Of a DNA stretch of 64,000 nucleotides, positions 56,897 to 64,000 are shown in pieces (within the stretch, counting starts at the first letter, position 1; each line of letters opens with the position of its first letter). The notes beneath the pieces were generated by a model, which did not search any database, was not told where the DNA came from, and worked only from the letters and a program-made list of their open reading frames with translations. The stretch lies in NCBI GenBank assembly GCA_951406725.2, contig OX597830.1, forward strand, positions 15,252,001 to 15,316,000, in the 5' to 3' direction. Source of the DNA: Octopus vulgaris (Eukaryota). A program made the position numbers and the translations under genes.

Positions 56897-57268
56897 AGGC
56901 GCAAGTGTTGCTGTGTGGTAAGAAGTTTACTTCCAGCCACATGGTTCCGGGTTCAGTCCCACTGTGTGGCACCTTGGGCAAGTGTCTTCTACTATAGCCT
57001 CGGCCGAGTAAAGCCTTATGAATGGAACCGATTGACGGAAGCTGGACGAAGACCGTCGTATATACATGCGTGTGTATGTGTATGTGTGTGTGTCTTTGTG
57101 TCTCTGTCTCCCACCACTACTTGAGAACCGGTGTTGGTGAGTTTACGTCCCAAGCTTTAAAAAAATAACTACTAAGATTGATTTGTTTCGACTAAATTTT
57201 TTTAAGACTGTGCCCCATCATGGCCCTAGTCTAATGGCTAAAACAAGTAAAGGATAAAAGATAAAAGA
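56897..57268 (+). mobile_element. SINE family B (older)
   Basis: Head, core and tail recognisable. Confidence 0.85.
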
Positions 57269-57879
57269 CCTTTTGGGATCATAACATGATCGAATATTCC
57301 TTTGATTGTTCTCAGCAACTTTGTCAATGACGGAAATTGATCCCTGGAATGGATGTTTCTTTCATCTTGGCTTCGGATTCGCAATAGGATATAAGGGGAT
57401 TCTTCCGTCATAGATTCTTCATTTCATACAGTTTCTTTGAGATAGTTTCCAACGTAATCTCTCATGGCAAAATCAGAAATGAATCAGGTGCATCTAAAAT
57501 TAAAACAGGATTGTCTCAGTACTTCATCAACCACTTAAATTTTTATGTCTTTGTCAATCGATGCTTTCTTGACACGTGAAGGATTTCGGAGTGTTTTGTT
57601 GATTAAGTCTTGTAGGATAATAACAATCACATCTTCTTCAGAAATCAAGGATCCATCCTTTTTTTTTTTTTTTTGTTACCTTTACCAATTTTTAATTAGT
57701 TCCATTGCTGATACAAACAGCATGAATAACACTAAATTCGTTGTCTGAAAAGTTAGGTATTTTATAAAAATAATAAATTCCCAAAAACAGCTTTTAAGGA
57801 ACAAAAATCAGCATAATACCTTCTATCTTATTATTGATAAATTGCAAGCCATGTCTATGCCCCTCTTTGACATCTCCGT

Positions 57880-58835
57880 CTCATCCATCCATCAACTTCG
57901 CTGTCCATTTATCCAGTGAGAACCGTTGGAGCTAAGTTTTTCAGACTCGCTCTCAGAAGAGGATGCCATCATAAGCGACCGTCAGCAAATAATCTGGGCA
58001 AATCTCCAAGCGAGACCACCTGAATCGATGGACATTTTTCAAACATCTCGCTTGTAATTTATTCTTAGATGTCCTACCGGTTGGCCGTTCTTGTAAAACC
58101 TGTCCTACGATTTTTTCCTGATACATTTTAATCACCTGTAGTACCAGGGATTGGGAAATTTCAATATGGAGAAGTAACAAGGCGATGAGCTGGTAGAATT
58201 GTTATTGCGCCGGACAAAATGCTTAGCGGCAATTCGTCCGTCTCTACGCTCTAAGTTCAAATTCCCCCGAGGTTAACTTTGCCTTTCGGGTTCGATAAAA
58301 TAAGTACCAGTTGAGTACGGGAGTCGATGTAATCGACTTACTCCCTCCCCCGACATTGCTGACCTTGTGCCAAAATTTGAAACCAATATGGAGAAATAGA
58401 GGCCCGACCGAGAGCAAATTCCTGATCTTTGAACCCTATATCCTAACAAATAATATAACTCCAACTTGGCTGCTGATATTCGTGATCGCACTCTTTCGGT
58501 CACAACCCAAGATTCATTACTATTGGTAAGGGAAGAACTAAAACCGAATTGAAGTCCGGCTCTTTTCACCTAACTTCTTTCTTTAGGTGATTGAATGATG
58601 AAGCTGTCACATTACTGCACCAGCGCCGACAATTCTTGCAAATAATTCAGCCGTCTGCTTTCCATCATTCGTAGAAATGGTCCGGAGATACTTGAACTTT
58701 TCCACCTGCTTCAGAGTGAATCCACTAATATACAAAGTACACATGGCAGACTTTTTCAAGAGAACCAATGTCTTCGTCTTCACAGCACTCGGCAGAGATC
58801 TTCTTTGGTGCATGCAGAAGATTACCTTCAGATGA
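57880..58835 (-). mobile_element. Decayed RTE-clade LINE C-terminal half
   Basis: KTKTLV, LKQVEKFKYL, RIVGAGAVM, ESWVVTERVRSRISAA, LLLHIEISQ, RPTGR. Confidence 0.8.
58180..58387 (+). mobile_element. Old SINE A inserted into the RTE
   Basis: TSD caatatggagaa at 58162 and 58384. Confidence 0.9.
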
Positions 58836-60543
58836 TCTAAGTAATGCCTCTTATTAAGTAAGATAATTGGTTTTCTGCTACAGAAGATGCGGGTTCGAGT
58901 CCCACAGCAGACTACGACTTTTCTATCCAAATAGGTTTTTAATCCATTATTCATACCCTATTATTTATAGCTTTATCTACATCGAGTTCTACAATAAAAA
59001 AAAGACGAATTATTTCATGTTCTCTCAAAGTTTCTAAATTTTTATGGCATAAACTTTGCTTTAATTTTAATAATATTTATTCAAAAAGCCATATTTACAA
59101 ATTTAGATGTAAAAGGGACAAACTGTGGACAGAGGGCCTCGGCGCATCATCAGTCACGTTTCTGATTACATATTAGTCCTAATCATATTCTAATCCCAAC
59201 AACAATGTTTTTGTTTTTGTTTTTTTTTATGTGTTTAAAATAAATAATGTACCTGGTTTTAAAATTGTACTTCTAAGAAACACTCCGACCTCTTTAAACA
59301 CCCGGCACCCCCCATTTACCTATTCTTGTGAACTCTCAACGCCGCAAAGGTTTCTTATTTCCCGAGTTAACAAGCGCTTGTCTCTTGCAATTGTTCTAAT
59401 TTCTGAGAAAATGTCATCGTGAACGATCTTTAAATAGCGTAAAAAAAACCGCTTGATGAATCACCCGAGCAATTTATAATTAATTCTTGATTAATACAGC
59501 TGGGAAATTGAATATAATTCCAGGAATTCCTGATTTTATTTTTAACCAAATTTCGTAAAAGTCCAGGGCCTGTACTTCTGGGAGAGAGACCTCAATATCT
59601 GAGTCCCGGGTTAGTCTAACAGGGAACTGGATAAAATTTAGACATGTTTCTGGACCGGCTGCGTCTCAGCAATCATTGTATTTGTCAAGACTCCTATACA
59701 GAAGACAGAGCTGTGTGTGTTTGGTGTTTCACGACTATAAAGAAACTGGTGTGTGGGGTGTGAGGAAGTCAGACCCGCCCTTCCCTCAATCATATGATTT
59801 CATTAGATGGGAATATTAGCATAACCACTCACACCTGAAAGACATCTAATTATCATTATTTCGAACATTTTTCTCAAACCGACTCAACAAAGGTGTTTCT
59901 TTTTTCACATATCACTGGGAATTTCATTACCGAGACTAACACAAAATATTTGGCATTCATCAACTTTTGTACGAGTTACTTGTTATATCATATAAAGAAA
60001 AATAATTAGCTATAAATTTTTAACACTCACAAAATGTAAGGTTGTTAAAGACAAGAGAACGAACTTAACAAATATACTAGAGGGAAACAATTATACATTA
60101 ATTCGTACTGTTTCGATTTACAATTATATCATAGTATTAAAGCGAAAGAAAAATCATCGTATTTCTCATGTGAAAAGTGCTGACCCTAACCAACTAGAAC
60201 AGGCAACCATTAGTAAAGATTAGGCACTGTTGTAGTAATTAAAGGAAAATTAACTGAAGTGGTTTGCTAGTGACTTCTCGGGATTATGCAATCCACCAAG
60301 ACAGGCGTCTACTACGCTATACCCTCGGAAAACGCCTTAACATATCTATCATACCTGTTTCGCAGTAGACCAACGGGATTTGACTTGTTTTGCCAGTGAT
60401 ACTGACAAAAATATTCTGCTTTCATACGGGAGGGTACAAAGCCACACACACACACATATATGTATATTCATATACCACCCCATGTACTATAGATGCATAA
60501 ACACACCCATGGGAGTATATGAATCAATTATCTATATGGGGTA

Positions 60544-60595
<52 letters not shown>

Positions 60596-61483
60596 TGTGA
60601 GTGAATGTGGGAGGGTTGTACGCGTGTGTATGTATGTGTATTGTGTATGGGTGGGGCGGTGCTATTGAGGATTAATTAAACTCAATAAGCACTTTCAGTG
60701 CAACAGACAAAAAGTATCAACTAACAACAAATATAAGTCCATGCTGAATCAGTTGTTAAGACATTAGCTAATCGTTGCTAGCTGAAACGATGTTCCCCAT
60801 GAACTGCCGAAGCTAAAATTTAAAGCTAATGCGAAACAATACACACAATTTAACAAATGTTGCTCTCTTTTTTTTTCCTCAATATAAACATTTTTTTCCT
60901 GTAGAAGTCAGGTGTCTGATAAATATGTGATAAATAAAATGCATATTCATGCAGTAATATACACATATACACCCATTTCTCTACCATTCATCTACTAAGT
61001 GGCATATACAGACTCTACTCCCCATTTACGTGTTAGCAAACAAAACTAATTATACTTCAACAATACACAAACTATTTTAGCATAGGGTGTAGTCTTTCTG
61101 CCATCGGTGCTTTGATGCCATAGCGCTGCATTTTACGCCGACGGACAACTATTCTTGCATTGTAAAGCTTGACTCAAATGGTCATACAACACAAAGATGA
61201 CGAATCGTACGGTTAATTTGAATAATTGTGGCTCGAAGTCTACCTTATCGATCAAATGACTGCGTTCACTCGGCTGATGAAACAGACGTAGTTTGCTGGA
61301 TAGTACCAATAGATATATACATCCAAGTCGAAAGTTTTCGGAATTTGAGTCACATGAAACAACGATTTCAGTCCTACTATTGAATTATTTCAAGTGACAG
61401 ATCCATAAACTAGTAAAATATTATACAGGGTGTCAGCATTGGAACGCTTTTGATAATAGGTCTCCGCGATCTGAGTTGATCGG

Positions 61484-61610
61484 TTCTTCTTCTTCTTCTT
61501 CTTCTTCTTCTTCTTCTTCTTCTTCTTCTTCTTCTTCTTCTTCTTCTTCTTCTTCTTCTTCTTCTTCTTCTTCTTCTTCTTCTTCTCCGTCACACCAACA
61601 CCACCACCAT

Positions 61611-61704
<94 letters not shown>

Positions 61705-61746
61705 ACTACTGCTGCTACTGCTGCTGCTGCAGTAGTAGTAGTAGTA
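61484..61746. repeat. Compound (TTC)n-(CAC)-(CTA)n-(CTG)n microsatellite
   Basis: Directly visible. Confidence 0.97.
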
Positions 61747-61949
61747 ACCTCCACAATGTGTTGCAACCGCCACAATGTGTCGTATCTTTTAAAGTTGAGA
61801 TGTATCAATCAACACGTGGAAGTGTATTTATGTTTCTGATAAAGCTTTGTTTCTATGCCTATCTTTTCCAATAATTTCTGCTGAATTATCCTTTTTTTTT
61901 ACTTCATTTTTTTCAAATTGTAATGGTAATTTCTGGACATCTTGCTTAT

Positions 61950-62740
61950 TCCTTGGAGTATCAGATGATGTCATCTTGACAGCTCATGCACAAAAGTAAC
62001 TGGAGGAAATTCTCGCCTATATCCACACCACAAGCCAACCTATCGGCCTCAGCATGAACCTTGGAAGGACCAAGGTCATGTTCAACAGGCACGCTACGCC
62101 AGCACCCATCACCGTAAACGGCAAGAACATAGAAGAAAAGGAGAGCTACGTCTAACTGGTAGAGATGGTGGCGAAAGACGGAAGTCTATTCTCAGAAGAA
62201 TAGCGCTTGAGTGGGTGGCCTTTGGGAGGGTGGAAAACCTCTTGAAAAGACTGAAGACTTCCATGGAAGATCTTCATAAAATTAAGATCCTCAACAAGTA
62301 CATCCTGCTTGTGATGATTTACAGTAGTTCATCATGGGCTCTCAACGCTACCATCATGAACGCCCTCATTGTAGCCCAACGGAAAATGGAACGAATTATA
62401 TTGGATATCACATTGTGGGACAAGAAAACCAATGCCTGGACTCGACAGCACACGAGAGTCAACTACATCATAACAACCATCAAGGATAAAAAATATAGAT
62501 GGGCTGACCACATCACGAGACTGAAGGACAACGGATGGACAATCAGGTTGATGGAATAGAAACCATGGTAACGGATAAGATTAAGAGGTTGACCAAAGAC
62601 AAGATGGCGAGATTATCTTATCCGCTACTGGAACTACATGGCAACGACTGGCAAAAGACAGACAGCAGTGGAAGGAGTCCAGGGAGAGGTCCCTACTACA
62701 GGATTGATAAACTCCTGGGTATTAGGAGATTAAGATTAGA
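61950..62740 (+). mobile_element. 5'-truncated, decayed RTE-clade LINE
   Basis: DDVIL..IGLSMNLGRTKVM..IEEKESYV*L..VAQRKMERIIL..KYRWADHITR..PKTRWRD; (agatta)n-like tail. Confidence 0.88.
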
Positions 62741-62811
62741 AATGTCAAATAAAAGACAAGACTATTAAATAATATTTCATCAACTATGTATCAAAATACA
62801 TGCTATAAAGT

Positions 62812-63090
62812 ATTTTTTTGTGTCTGGGGAGAGTCATTCTCTTTTAGTTCCTCATTATTTAACACACTCACCGGTAAAGTTTCCACTCATTTACTTATCT
62901 AGTTTTCCTAAAATTTTCGTTGCCTCTTGCAACCTTTTCAACAGCCGAAAGTCAACAACTATTGAAAAGGTTGCAAGAAGCAACGAAAATACTAGGAAAA
63001 TTAAAGTAAACGAGTGGGTTTAAATTATAAGTGAGTGCGTTGAATTATAAGGCACTAAAAGAGAATGATTCTCCCCAGACACAACAAAAT
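62812..63090. repeat. ~280-bp imperfect palindrome (two divergent copies of a probable Penelope-like terminal repeat)
   Basis: Arms 62818-62944 and 62959-63084 are reverse complements. Confidence 0.85.
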
Positions 63091-63653
63091 ATGCTTCAAC
63101 ACACGAACTCGCATAAAGAATCGTGCAAACCAAATCCAAAAACGAAATGCTATAAAGTAATTTTGTCACTATCAAATTCCTATCTTTTTGCTTTTATATC
63201 AAAGTATTTCGAGAATTCTGAATAACATTTCATATCAAAGAATTTTGGAAAAATTCATTTTACTAATCAAACTTTTGACAGGGGATATATAGGCCCGGTC
63301 GGTTTTACAACCGCTAAACAGAGGACTCGTTACCCTAAAGCAGGGTATGCACGCATACGAGTACATACATTCATCCATCCGTCCATACATACATGCATGC
63401 ATACACACAGACAGACACACACACATATATACATACGTACATACGCACATATGCACATACATATATACGTACACACATGCATACGCAGTGTTTTATTAGC
63501 TGAGGTGGCTTCAGAAGTGACTCAAGGGCCAAGAGTTTTGTTTCAAGACACTTGTCAAACAGCCGAAGACACTTGACGGTTAGACAAGTGGTTAGTCAAA
63601 TAGACAATGACTGTGTTTGGTGAAACAAGAATACGCTGGAAATAACACGCCGA

Positions 63654-63656
63654 GTA

Positions 63657-63709
<53 letters not shown>

Positions 63710-63769
63710 TGTAATAGTAGTAGTAGTAGTAATAGTAGTAGTAGTAGCAGCAGCAGCAACAGCAGCAGC

Positions 63770-63817
<48 letters not shown>

Positions 63818-63854
63818 TGTAGTAATAGTAGTAGTAGTAGTAGTAGTAGCAGTT

Positions 63855-63911
<57 letters not shown>

Positions 63912-64000
63912 ATGGTGGTGGTGGTGTGACGGGGGAGGATGTTAGTGATTTCTTGAAGAAGTAGAAGAAAAAGAAAAAGAAGAAGAGGAAGAAGAAGAAG
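63654..64000. repeat. Compound (AGT)n-(AGC)n-(GGT)-(GAA)n microsatellite
   Basis: Directly visible; runs off the window. Confidence 0.97.

Noticed and set aside
57290-57660. Protein-like composition on the minus strand
   Set aside because: Multiple stops and no motif I can assign.
58885-58905. Isolated B-box-like gggttcgagtccc
   Set aside because: No matching A box or cloverleaf.

Overview
Eukaryotic, AT-rich and extremely microsatellite-rich DNA. The repeat content points to an octopus/coleoid genome (inference, not verified). I found no credible host protein-coding exon, so this is probably intergenic or deep intronic sequence, and almost all ORFs in the track are translations of simple repeats. 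The window is a patchwork of mobile elements: one young 5'-truncated CR1/L2-clade LINE with an uninterrupted 468-aa RT frame, decayed Tx1-, RTE-, Penelope-, CR1- and possibly R4-type fragments, a Tigger transposase remnant, MITEs, two non-autonomous Helitrons, and dozens of copies of at least four tRNA-derived SINE families (my labels A-D). Best leads: (1) SINE A inserts at targets matching its own 3' end (tail|GGT, tail|GAAA, tail|AATAT) and so builds head-to-tail multimers inside its own copies; (2) a U6 snRNA retrocopy is fused to the 3' tail shared by SINE B and a local LINE, a candidate U6-headed SINE; (3) a short element sits only inside (GATA)n arrays and has a tail homologous to the young SINE A tail; (4) there are divergent pairs of minimal hammerhead-like motifs, one with a U3-A8 core variant; (5) there are several fold-back duplications. 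Coordinates were read by eye; element edges are approximate unless a TSD is quoted.
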